Source: an uncultured Gemmatimonadales bacterium (GTDB taxonomy: Bacteria; Gemmatimonadota; Gemmatimonadetes; Longimicrobiales; RSA9). From it: a stretch of DNA of 64,000 nt. The stretch spans positions 32,001 to 96,000 of the forward strand of contig CAVUKA010000004.1 in NCBI GenBank assembly GCA_963741945.1, written 5' to 3'. Every line of letters begins with the position of its first letter. Position 1 is the first letter of the stretch. Both the position numbers and the translations under genes were made by a program. This document shows, one piece after another, positions 19,568-28,580 of the stretch. The notes under the pieces were generated by a model. That model saw only the letters and a list, made by a program, of their open reading frames with translations, was not told the origin of the DNA and did not search any database.

Positions 19568-20674
19568 ATGGAAACCGGCTTCCTTCCACTCGCCGCACGG
19601 GTCTGGCGCCTGGCGGCCGTCCTGATGGTAATCGCTCTTTCCGGCTGCGACAACGTGGATTGGGGCGGCGCGGATGTGGCCATCGTGCCGCCACCGCCCA
19701 GGGTCGGGCCGGTCGAGACCCGGCTGGGCGAGGCGCAGCAGCTCCCCCGGGGCCCGCTCCTGTACTATGTGACCCGGGACAGCCTGCGGACCGTTGCTCG
19801 TCCCGTGGCCGAGATCCAGGACGGGGAGACTCGCCCGTTGAGCGCGGGCAGCGACAGCACGTATGGCGAGCGGTTCATCGCCGCCTTCCTGCGTGAGGGT
19901 GGAGAGCTCACCCTCTTCCACCGCGGCCGGCGCGCGGGTACGCTCGTCATCGATTCCGCCACCCTGGAACCCTCCGGCTGCGGGCTCACGCCCACCGGGA
20001 TCGGCCACGCAGAGCTCTCCGGCCGGGCCACCGACGCGCGCGAGTTCCTGGCCATGGCCAGGACCCAGGCCCCCCAGGGGCGCGTCCTCGCAGGGGACTC
20101 CCTGCGCGTGGAGCCGAGGATGCAGGTCGTGGGCAATATCCTGGCCGAGCGGATCCTGCGCGACCGCCAGGCCCAGCTGCCCAACTGGTCGCGCGCCCGA
20201 CGTCAGCTCTTCCCCTTCCCCGTCGAAGGGTCCCAGGACCTGGGCTTCACCGCCACGTTCCTCGTCGATGATGCCCTCGAAGTCGGCGACGACGACGAAG
20301 GGTACTCCCTTTTCGTCGTCTACACGCCCCAGGCCCAGAGCTACGACACCGCCTACGTCGACTACACGAGCTACACCGCCTCGGGCAAGGCCGCGCCCCG
20401 CGCCGTCGACTTCCTCGACTGGAACCGCGACGGCGGCCCGGAGATCCTGCTCGAGGTCTACGGCACCCGCAACAGCTGGTTCGCCGCCGTCGGCAAGACG
20501 GACGACGGCTGGCGGGAGATCATGAACGCGCGCTGCCCACCTTCCACCGCGCCCGCGCCCACCGGGACTGCCGCGCCGGCCGGGATGGATACTGCCGCCG
20601 GAGCCACCGCGGACACCGCGGCCGGGGCCGCCGTCGACACCGCCGCTGCGCCCGCCACCACCACCACGCCTTGA
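19568..20674 (+). CDS. Hypothetical lipoprotein with an Ala/Thr/Pro-rich tail
   Basis: Lipobox LSGC; FG-GAP/EF-like DWNRDGGPE; C-terminal DTAA repeats. Confidence 0.7.
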   Translation: METGFLPLAARVWRLAAVLMVIALSGCDNVDWGGADVAIVPPPPRVGPVETRLGEAQQLPRGPLLYYVTRDSLRTVARPVAEIQDGETRPLSAGSDSTYGERFIAAFLREGGELTLFHRGRRAGTLVIDSATLEPSGCGLTPTGIGHAELSGRATDAREFLAMARTQAPQGRVLAGDSLRVEPRMQVVGNILAERILRDRQAQLPNWSRARRQLFPFPVEGSQDLGFTATFLVDDALEVGDDDEGYSLFVVYTPQAQSYDTAYVDYTSYTASGKAAPRAVDFLDWNRDGGPEILLEVYGTRNSWFAAVGKTDDGWREIMNARCPPSTAPAPTGTAAPAGMDTAAGATADTAAGAAVDTAAAPATTTTP

Positions 20675-20717
20675 TGCGGGTCCCGGGGACCGGTACCTTT
20701 CCCTCCACATGACACGC

Positions 20718-20876
20718 ACGGGGTCACCCGGAAGCCGGTGAGAATCCGGCGCGGCCCCGCCACTGTAAGAGGTCCGGACAGGCGTCCGGATGGCCCGCTC
20801 ACGCGCCACTGGGGATCACCGAGGGTGAGCCCGGGAAGGCGAGCGACGCCGCCTCGAGCCAGGAGACCGATCCCGT
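20718..20876 (+). ncRNA. Cobalamin (B12) riboswitch
   Basis: GGAA-GCCGGTGAGAATCCGGC...GCCACTGT, GCCACTGGG...CCGGGAAGGC, B12 box GAGCCAGGAGACC. P1 is ACGGGGTC/GATCCCGT. Lies upstream of btu genes. Confidence 0.92.
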
Positions 20877-20968
20877 TCGTGCCCGAGCATACCCTTCGAG
20901 GGAGGGGTGCGGGCGCCAGCGATCGATCGTGATCCAGTGGCCCGCTCCCCCATGAGGGAGGCGGGCCT

Positions 20969-21931
20969 ATTTCGATACGTGAAGTCCCGGTCACCAGCGG
21001 CGCGCTGGTCGCCGCGCTCCTGGTGGCCCTTGCGGCCTGCGGCGGCGGCGATGCCGGCGAGGCCGGCCAAGCCGGCGGTGCTGCTGGCAATGCTCCTTCG
21101 CGCGTTCGCGTGACGGACCCGGCAGGTCGGGCCGTCACACTCGAAGCGCCCGCCCGCCGCGTGGTCTCCATGGTCCCTGCCATGACGGAGTGGCTGGTGG
21201 CGATGGGGGGAGCCGACCGGCTCGTCGCCCGTACCGACTTCGACACCGAGCCACAGCTCGACAGCCTCCCGTCCGTCGGCGGCGGCCTGGACCCGAGCGT
21301 GGAGTGGCTGGCCGCGCGCCACCCGGACCTGGTCATCGCATGGCCGGACGCGCCGAGCCGGTCCCTGGTCACGCGTCTCGAGAGCCTCGGCATCCCCGTC
21401 TACACGGCGCCGATCCAGACCATTGAGGAAGCGCTCGGGGCCGCTCGCGACCTCGGTCGACTCCTGGCGATGGACTCGGCCGCCGACGCTGTGGTGGCGC
21501 ATGTCGTGGCCGGGCTCGACTCCGTCCGCGCCGCCACGGCCCATGCGCCACGCCCGTCCACCCTTTTCGTCATCGGCCTCGACCCGCTCATGGCCGCCGG
21601 CCCCGGCACGTTCATCGACGAGCTGCTCGGGCAGGCCGGGGCTGCCAATGCCCTGGCCGGCGTGAACGCGCTCTGGCCCCAGCTGTCCCTCGAAGAGGTC
21701 GTCGCCCGGCGCCCGCAGGTCATCATCCTGGCGAGGGCGGGGGGCGCAGCCACCCCGGGCGAACCCCACGCCGTCGGGCTCCTCCGCGACCGCCCCGGGT
21801 GGGCCGACGTCCCGGCCGTGCGCGCCGGGCGCGTCTACGCCGTCGACCCGTACGTCGTCAATCGGCCGGGTCCGCACATGGCGGAGTCGGCAGCGCAGCT
21901 GGCGCGTCTCGTCCACGGAGGCGCGCTGTGA
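20969..21931 (+). CDS. btuF: Cobalamin ABC transporter substrate-binding lipoprotein (start uncertain; first canonical start 21023 truncates the signal peptide)
   Basis: RRVVSMVPAMTE, SVEWLAARHPDLVI, GPGTFIDELL, NRPGP; lipobox LAAC. Confidence 0.85.
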   Translation: MSIREVPVTSGALVAALLVALAACGGGDAGEAGQAGGAAGNAPSRVRVTDPAGRAVTLEAPARRVVSMVPAMTEWLVAMGGADRLVARTDFDTEPQLDSLPSVGGGLDPSVEWLAARHPDLVIAWPDAPSRSLVTRLESLGIPVYTAPIQTIEEALGAARDLGRLLAMDSAADAVVAHVVAGLDSVRAATAHAPRPSTLFVIGLDPLMAAGPGTFIDELLGQAGAANALAGVNALWPQLSLEEVVARRPQVIILARAGGAATPGEPHAVGLLRDRPGWADVPAVRAGRVYAVDPYVVNRPGPHMAESAAQLARLVHGGAL

Positions 21932-22923
21932 CGGCTCCATCGATCCCGGTCCGGCTCGCGATCCTGGCCGCGATGCTCCTGGCTGCGCTGCTCCTGGCCG
22001 TGGGGGTGGGTGCCGTTCCCGTGCCGCCCGCGGCCGTGGTCCGGGCCCTTGCCGGCACCGGCGACCCTACCATCCGCACCATCGTCGTGGAGCTCCGGCT
22101 TCCCCGCGCCGTTGCCGCCATCCTCATTGGCGGCGCGCTCGCCGTGTCCGGCGCGGTGTTCCAGGCGCTCCTCCGCAACCCGCTGGCCGAGCCGTACATC
22201 CTGGGCGTGTCGGGCGGGGCGGCCGTGGCCGCTGTGGCGGTCATCGGGTTTGCCGGGGCCACGGTCGCGGCGTGGCTCGTCCCGGCCGCCGCGTTCGCCG
22301 GCGGTGTCGGGGCGATCCTGCTGGTTTTCCGCATCGCCGCGTCGGTCGGACGTGCGCTGGACACGCGCGTGCTCCTGCTGGCGGGGGTGGTGGTGGGCGC
22401 CTTCTTCAACGCGGTCATCCTGCTGCTTCTCACGCTGGCCGATGTGGAGACGTTCCGCTCCGCGATCTTCTGGATGATGGGCAGCCTGGCATCGGCGACG
22501 TGGGGCACGGTCCTGGGCCTGACGGCGTTCACGCTTCCCGCCCTCGCCGTCCTCCTCGCCCTCGCCCGCGCGCTCAACCTCATGGCCGTGGGCGAGGAGA
22601 CCGCGCTCTATCTCGGCACCCGCGTCGAGCACGTCAAGCGCGCCGCCTACCTGGTCGCTTCCCTCCTCGTGGCCGCTGGCGTGGCGGCCGCAGGCGTGAT
22701 CGGGTTCGTGGGCCTCATCGTGCCCCACGCGCTCCGGCTCGTCTGGGGCGGCGACCACCGCTTCCTGCTCCCGGGCAGCGCTCTGGCCGGCGCCGCATTC
22801 CTCCTCCTCGCCGACACCGCCGCCCGGACCGTGGCGGCGCCCGTCGAGCTGCCGGTGGGCGTCGTCACGGCGCTGGTGGGTGTGCCGGTGTTCGTCGCCC
22901 TGCTCACGCGGCGGTCGGCGTGA
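21928..22923 (+). CDS. btuC: Cobalamin ABC transporter permease (FecCD family)
   Basis: LRLPR, FQALLRNPLAEPYILGVSGGA, IGFVGLIVPH, ELPVGVVTALVG; GTGA overlap with btuF. Confidence 0.9.
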   Translation: MTAPSIPVRLAILAAMLLAALLLAVGVGAVPVPPAAVVRALAGTGDPTIRTIVVELRLPRAVAAILIGGALAVSGAVFQALLRNPLAEPYILGVSGGAAVAAVAVIGFAGATVAAWLVPAAAFAGGVGAILLVFRIAASVGRALDTRVLLLAGVVVGAFFNAVILLLLTLADVETFRSAIFWMMGSLASATWGTVLGLTAFTLPALAVLLALARALNLMAVGEETALYLGTRVEHVKRAAYLVASLLVAAGVAAAGVIGFVGLIVPHALRLVWGGDHRFLLPGSALAGAAFLLLADTAARTVAAPVELPVGVVTALVGVPVFVALLTRRSA

Positions 22924-23723
22924 TCTATCGGGCCGCGGCGCTCGCCTACCGGTATCCCGGTGCCGCTCGCGATGCCCTGGCCGGGGTGGATCTCGAGGTG
23001 CCGCGGGGGGCGTTCTACGGCGTCATCGGCCCGAACGGCTGCGGCAAGACCACCCTGCTGCGGCTGCTCCTGGGCGCGCTCGCTCCGGACCGGGGCCAGG
23101 TTCGCTACGATGGGCGGCCTCTGGCGGAATGGTCGCGCCGCGAGCTGGCGCGACGGGTGGGCGTGGTGCCGCAGAGCGAGGAGCTGGTCTTCCCGCTCAC
23201 CGTCCGGGAGCTCGTGGCCATGGGCCGGTACCCGCACCTCGGCCCCTGGCGCACGGAAGGTGGAGCGGACAGGGCCGCCGTGGATCGTGCGCTCGACACG
23301 TGCGACATCACGGGGCTGGCCGCCCGTGCGGTGGGCACGCTGTCCGGGGGCGAGCGGCAGCGCGCCCGCGTCGCCAGGGCGCTGGCCCAGGAGCCGGAGG
23401 TGCTGGTGCTGGACGAGCCGACGGCATCACTCGATGTCAGCCACGAGATGGGGATCTTCGAGCTCGTTCGTCGCCTGGCGGACGACGGCGTGACCGTGCT
23501 CATGGTCACCCACAACCTGAACGTGGCCGCTCGCTTCGCCGACCGGCTGCTGCTCCTCGATCGCGGACGCGCGGCCGCGCGCGGCACCGCCGACGACGTT
23601 CTCCGCCCCGACATCCTCGAATCCGTCTACCACTGGCCGCTCGCCCTTTCCCATCACCCCGGACCCGGCCCCGACAGTGGCACCCCGCAGATCGTGCCCC
23701 TCAGACGCTCATGGACACCATGA
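22920..23723 (+). CDS. btuD: Cobalamin ABC transporter ATP-binding protein
   Basis: GPNGCGKTT, LSGGERQR, LDEPT; GTGA overlap with btuC. Confidence 0.9.
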   Translation: MIYRAAALAYRYPGAARDALAGVDLEVPRGAFYGVIGPNGCGKTTLLRLLLGALAPDRGQVRYDGRPLAEWSRRELARRVGVVPQSEELVFPLTVRELVAMGRYPHLGPWRTEGGADRAAVDRALDTCDITGLAARAVGTLSGGERQRARVARALAQEPEVLVLDEPTASLDVSHEMGIFELVRRLADDGVTVLMVTHNLNVAARFADRLLLLDRGRAAARGTADDVLRPDILESVYHWPLALSHHPGPGPDSGTPQIVPLRRSWTP

Positions 23724-25843
23724 TCCGCACCCCTCGCTCCCGCGCCTTCCTCCCCGCGAGCACCCGGCGCCCCATCCGGTGGCTGTCGCTGACCGCCGCC
23801 CTCGCGCTGGCACCCCTTTGCGGGCTCGCCGCACAGGACCTGGGCGACACCCTTCCCGACACCGTCCGGCTCTCCGACCTCGTGGTCACCGCCACGCGCG
23901 TCCCCCTCCCCAGGGAGGCGCTGCCCACGCCCGTCACCACCCTCTCGGGTGCCCGGCTGCGCGAGGCCGGCGTCCGGACCGTGGCGGACGCGCTCCGGGA
24001 GGTCACCAGCGCGGCGGTGGTGCGCGCCGGTGCGGCCGGCGCCCAGACATCGTTGTTCCTACGCGGTGGCGAGAGCGACTACGTGAAGATCCTCGTGGAT
24101 GGCGTCCCGGTGAACGATCCCGGCGGCGCGTTCGACCTCGCCGACCTCACCACCGAGCAGATCGAGCGGATCGAGGTGGTGCGTGGCCCGGTGAGCGTGC
24201 TGTACGGCAGCGACGCCATCAGCGGCGTCGTCCAGCTCTTCACCCGCCGTGGCCGCGGCGCACCCTCCGTCACCGCCAGGCTCTCCGGCGGCCTCGGCGG
24301 TCGCCCGGACCCGCCGACCACCGTGGCAGGCGACGATGGCGGCGACGGCACCGGGACCGGCGAAGCGGCATCGGCCGCCATCGACCCCGGCTTCGCCCGT
24401 GGTGGCGACACGTACGGCGACGCGGAGGCCGCCGCGTCGGTGGCCGGGTCCACGGGGGCGGTCTCCTACGCTTTCGGAGGCAGCCGCTCCTGGACCAATG
24501 GGCTCTACCGCATCAACAACGGTCGCGACCTCTCCACCGGGAGCGCACGCGTGGCCTGGACGGCGGCGCCCGGCACCGAGCTCGCCCTCACCGCCAGGCT
24601 GAGCGACAGCCGATCCGGCTTCCCCACCGACGGAACCGGCGCCGTCGTGGACCGCAACGCCCGCATCGATCGGACCCGGATCACCAGCGCCCTGGACGGC
24701 GGTTTCCGGCTGTCGCGCCGCATCGATGCCGCCGTCCGCATCGGCCTCGCCCACCGCCGCCGGCTCTCCCTCGACGATCGGGATGGCCCCGCCGACACGC
24801 TCGGTATCTTCGCGTCGGAGCTGCAATGGAACGTGGCGCGCCTGTCCGCGGACGCCCACCTGAATGCCCGGCTCCCCTGGGGCGTCCTCACCGCCGGCGC
24901 TTCGCTCGATGACGCCCGCGCCGACACCCGGTACACCTCGGACAGCGAGTGGGGCCCGGCCGCCGCCTCCGCCGACTACCACCGCACCAGCGCCGGCTAT
25001 TATGCCCAGGTCCTCGCCCAACCGGGCGACGCGGTCCATGTCACCGCGGGCGCCCGCCTCGACCGCAGCGCCACCTACGGCGACTTCCAGACGTATCGCC
25101 TCGGCGCCACCCTCCGCGTGGCACCCGGCTTCCGTTTCCGGGGTGCCGTCGGCCGCGGCTTCCGCGAGCCCGCGTTCGATGAGAGCTTCGGCAGCGGCTT
25201 CGGCGACCGCGGCAACCCCGACCTCGCACCCGAGCAGTCCCACAGCTGGGAAATGGGACTCGAGCACGACCTCGGCAGCACCGCCTGGATCGCCGCCACC
25301 TGGTTCCAGCAGCGCTTCGAAGACCTCATCCAGTTCACCTTCGCATCGCCCGAGCCCGACGCGCCAAGCTATTTCAACGTGGGCGCCGCCTCCGCGCGAG
25401 GCCTGGAGATCGAAGCTTCCGCCCGCTTCGGCCCCCTCGACCTCGCCGCCGGCTACACCCGCCTCTTCACCGAGGTCCTCGACCCCGGCCTCGCCTCCGA
25501 CGCAGCCTTCAGCGCTGGCCGCCGGCTGCTCCGCCGGCCCCGGCAGAGCGGGTCGCTCCACGGACGCCTCTCCGCCGCGGGCGGCGCGCTCCTGGCCACC
25601 ATCACCGCCGTGGGCACCCGCGAGGACCTCGACTTCGCCGCCGGCTACCCGGCCCCCCGCGTCTCCCTCCCCGCCTACGCCACCCTCCACCTCGCTCTCG
25701 AGCGGCGGCTCCCGCTGGCCGGCCCCGCCACCACCCTCGCCCTGGCCGTCGACAACGTCCTCGACACCACGTACGAGACCGTCCGCGGCTTTCCCGCGCC
25801 CGGACGCCTGGTCCGCCTCATCGTCGAGCTCCGCGCCCCCTAG
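23720..25843 (+). CDS. btuB: TonB-dependent cobalamin receptor
   Basis: Signal peptide, TonB box LVVTATR, IERIEVVRGPVSVLYGSDAISGVV, GNPDLAPE, GFPAPGR; sits in a riboswitch-led operon. Confidence 0.87.
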   Translation: MIRTPRSRAFLPASTRRPIRWLSLTAALALAPLCGLAAQDLGDTLPDTVRLSDLVVTATRVPLPREALPTPVTTLSGARLREAGVRTVADALREVTSAAVVRAGAAGAQTSLFLRGGESDYVKILVDGVPVNDPGGAFDLADLTTEQIERIEVVRGPVSVLYGSDAISGVVQLFTRRGRGAPSVTARLSGGLGGRPDPPTTVAGDDGGDGTGTGEAASAAIDPGFARGGDTYGDAEAAASVAGSTGAVSYAFGGSRSWTNGLYRINNGRDLSTGSARVAWTAAPGTELALTARLSDSRSGFPTDGTGAVVDRNARIDRTRITSALDGGFRLSRRIDAAVRIGLAHRRRLSLDDRDGPADTLGIFASELQWNVARLSADAHLNARLPWGVLTAGASLDDARADTRYTSDSEWGPAAASADYHRTSAGYYAQVLAQPGDAVHVTAGARLDRSATYGDFQTYRLGATLRVAPGFRFRGAVGRGFREPAFDESFGSGFGDRGNPDLAPEQSHSWEMGLEHDLGSTAWIAATWFQQRFEDLIQFTFASPEPDAPSYFNVGAASARGLEIEASARFGPLDLAAGYTRLFTEVLDPGLASDAAFSAGRRLLRRPRQSGSLHGRLSAAGGALLATITAVGTREDLDFAAGYPAPRVSLPAYATLHLALERRLPLAGPATTLALAVDNVLDTTYETVRGFPAPGRLVRLIVELRAP

Positions 25844-25886
25844 GCACACCCTCCACGCCCGGCGGCCCGGATACACTTCGTCGTCG

Positions 25887-26079
25887 GCCCCCGCCGGCTC
25901 CGGATGCACGGGGCCCCCGACCGCCCCGAAGCCACTTCGCCCCGCCGGCTCCGGACGCACGGGCCCCCGACCGCCCCGAAGCCACTTCGCCTCGCCGGCT
26001 CCGGACGCACGGGCCCCCGCCAGCTTCGAAGCCACTTCGCCTCGCCGGCTCCGGACGCACGGGCCCCCGCCAGCTTCGA
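25887..26079. repeat. 50-bp tandem repeat, about 3.9 copies
   Basis: Unit GCCACTTCGCCYCGCCGGCTCCGGACGCACGGGCCCCCGMCMGCYYCGAA at 25931, 25981 and 26031, plus a partial copy from about 25887. Confidence 0.9.
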
Positions 26080-26327
26080 GGCGGGTGTGGGATCCGGCCT
26101 CAAGCGAACGCTGCGGCCGTGCCTGGGTCCGGCCGGAAAATTCCCCGCGCGTCGCGCATTTCCCGGCGCGGTGGAACCCGACAGCGGTATTCGCGGAACA
26201 TCACCGCCGCGTCGGGACATGGACCTCGCAATGAAGATCTTCGGGGATATGCGCCGTCAACTCCCCGCACGTCGCAGCTGGTGCGACGGGTGGGGAAATT
26301 TCAGCTCCCGGCGCCAGCCACCGCATT

Positions 26328-26459
26328 CACCCCCGCCGCCATCGACGGCCACCCCCGCCAGCATCGACGGCCACCCCCGCCGCTATCGACGGCCAACCCC
26401 ACCTCCAGCGACGGCCACCCCCGCCTCCAGCGACGGCCACCCCCGCCGCTATCGATGGC
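26328..26459. repeat. 22-bp tandem repeat, 6 copies
   Basis: CACCCCCGCCnnnAnCGACGGC at 26328, 26350, 26372, 26394, 26416 and 26438. Confidence 0.9.
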
Positions 26460-26617
26460 CGGGCATGGCGAGCCCGACCGCCGGCGTGCCGCGCCCGACC
26501 CCACGGATGCGGCGCGCCCGGATGCGCTTCGCCCCCGCCGGCCTCGCAGCCGACGGGGGCGAGCCGCCGCGGAGCTCGAGCTCGGGCCATCAGGCCACGA
26601 AGCTCAGGCGCCCTCCT

Positions 26618-27538
26618 TCAAGGCGTCTCCGCGGCGGTGGCTGAGGTGACGGTCCAGGACACCGTCCCGGTCTCGCCGCTGGACAGCGTCAGCGTCTGCT
26701 CGGCTGCGGGATCGGACGTGAACACGAGTCCGTCGGGTCCGTTCAGCCGCAGCGTGTACGACATGTCCGGCTGTTCATAGCCGAAGTTCACCTCGTAGAC
26801 GCCGCTGCCGTTGTCCGCGAACAACACTCGTGCCGAGTCGCCTTCGGCCGGGATCATCGTGGCGCTGAAGTCTCCGAGCCCCATTTCTCCCGGCAGCTCT
26901 ACGGTGTCCGCCAGCACCAGGGCGGCGGTGAGCCCACCGGTCAGCGAGATGTCCGCCCCGTGGACCACGCCGTGGAAGTTGTAGTGGTTCGAGTTGCCGG
27001 CCTGCCGGATGAAGGATTCGTTCACCACGAAGTCCAGCAGCAGGACCTCCTGTGAGCCGCCCACCACGTGGAGCCCGTGCAGCAGCACCTTCAGCCCCGA
27101 GTTCTGCGTGCTGGTCATGTTGATGGTCCCGCTCGGCTCACCGCACGCCGTGTATTCGGGCGAGGACGAGTACACGCCGTCGCTGGTCACGATGCACGCG
27201 TCGCCCAGGACGATCCGCAGCTGACCGTAGTCGCCCTCGGGGACCTCGGCCCCCGTCACGAGGTCCGCCACCGCACCCTGGAGATTGGTGAGCTCGTACT
27301 CCTCGTTGCCGTCCTCCATCAGGTACGTGCGGGTGCCCGGGGGATCCGCCTCCCCGTTGTCGCCCTGGAGATAGATGTCCGTGAACGTGACCCGGGCCTC
27401 CGTGATCTCTGGGCCGTTCCCGTCCGTCAGCTTCAGGGAGACGGTTCCGTACTCGGTCGCCGTCGTGTTTCCTTCGCAGGCTGCAATCGGGAGAGACATT
27501 GCCAGCGCCAGCGTTGCGATTTCGCTGGTTCGGAACAT
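26618..27538 (-). CDS. DUF4382-like lipoprotein
   Basis: Lipobox IAAC; LKLTD, GDYGQLRIVL, SGLKV and LLDFVVNESF pattern; AGGAG RBS. Confidence 0.75.
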   Translation of the reverse strand: MFRTSEIATLALAMSLPIAACEGNTTATEYGTVSLKLTDGNGPEITEARVTFTDIYLQGDNGEADPPGTRTYLMEDGNEEYELTNLQGAVADLVTGAEVPEGDYGQLRIVLGDACIVTSDGVYSSSPEYTACGEPSGTINMTSTQNSGLKVLLHGLHVVGGSQEVLLLDFVVNESFIRQAGNSNHYNFHGVVHGADISLTGGLTAALVLADTVELPGEMGLGDFSATMIPAEGDSARVLFADNGSGVYEVNFGYEQPDMSYTLRLNGPDGLVFTSDPAAEQTLTLSSGETGTVSWTVTSATAAETP

Positions 27539-27646
27539 GTGGGCTCACTCCTGGTTGAATGATGCGGAGGTCCGCCCGGGCGCACCCGGTGGCCGCTTCC
27601 CTCATCAGACGAGTGGGGGCCCGTCCGCGTCACACCCACCGCCGCC

Positions 27647-28570
27647 CTAGCCGCCCGTCGCGTCCTCCAGTATGGCGGCATAGCTCTCGTACCGCTCCCT
27701 GCTGATGGCCTCTCCTTCCAGCGCGGCCAGAACGCCGCATCCGGGCTCGTGGGTATGCGAGCACGACCGCCCGAAGCGGCAGTGCTGCGCGGCGCCGCGC
27801 AGCTCGGGGAAGCAGAGATCGAGATCCGCCGGCGCCAGGCGCCACAGCCCCAGCTCCCGGAGCCCCGGTGTGTCGGCGACGTGGCCACCGCAGTCCAGCG
27901 GGATCAACCGTGATGACACGGTGGTGTGGCGGCCTTTCCGCTGGACTTCGCTCACCTGGCCGACCCGGAGTCCGAGCCCGGGTTGGATGGCGTTCAACAG
28001 GCTCGACTTGCCCACGCCGGAAGGCCCCGACAGCACGCTCGCGCGCCCGCACAGCCGGCCTCGCAGCGCCTCGACGCCCTCCCCGGTGACGGCGCTCGTG
28101 TACAGCACCGGATAGCCGATGCGCTCGTAGGGCTCGAACGCGGCCCGGTCGGCCGCCGTGGCCCGGTCCATCTTGTTGGCGACGACCACGGCGTCGAGAC
28201 CGCTGGACTCCGCCAGCACGAGGAAGCGATCGAGCATCCGGAGGTGCGGAGCCGGGTGGGCGGCGGAGAAGACGGCCACCAGCTGGTCCAGGTTGGCGGC
28301 AATCGCCTTGGCTCGATCCCCGCGCCCGGGCGCGGTACGGATGAGCTCGGTCCGACGGGGTTCCACCGCTTCGATGGTATGGAGGCCGTCCGGCTGCCGG
28401 ACGACGGTGACCCTGTCCCCGACCACGACCGCATCCCCGGTTCGGGCTTCCTGCTTCAGGCGGCCCCGGAGCGCGGCCTCCACCACCTTCCCCGGACGCA
28501 ACTCGACCTCGTACACTCCGCCCGAAGCGGAGCGCACGAGGCCGTGGTCTGAGCCGGGGCCTGTCGGCAT
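27647..28570 (-). CDS. rsgA: Ribosome small subunit-dependent GTPase A
   Basis: NKMD, GPSGVGKSSLLN, GRHTT, DTPG, Zn site CRFGRSCSHTHEPGC. Confidence 0.95.
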   Translation of the reverse strand: MPTGPGSDHGLVRSASGGVYEVELRPGKVVEAALRGRLKQEARTGDAVVVGDRVTVVRQPDGLHTIEAVEPRRTELIRTAPGRGDRAKAIAANLDQLVAVFSAAHPAPHLRMLDRFLVLAESSGLDAVVVANKMDRATAADRAAFEPYERIGYPVLYTSAVTGEGVEALRGRLCGRASVLSGPSGVGKSSLLNAIQPGLGLRVGQVSEVQRKGRHTTVSSRLIPLDCGGHVADTPGLRELGLWRLAPADLDLCFPELRGAAQHCRFGRSCSHTHEPGCGVLAALEGEAISRERYESYAAILEDATGG

Positions 28571-28580
28571 GGGCTGCGGG

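Noticed and set aside
25887-26459. CRISPR interpretation of the repeat arrays
   Set aside because: Units abut with no unique spacers and no cas genes are present.
25904-26649. ORFs of 246 and 176 aa across the repeat block
   Set aside because: Low-complexity translations of 50- and 22-bp repeats (non-triplet periods); no RBS or domain evidence.
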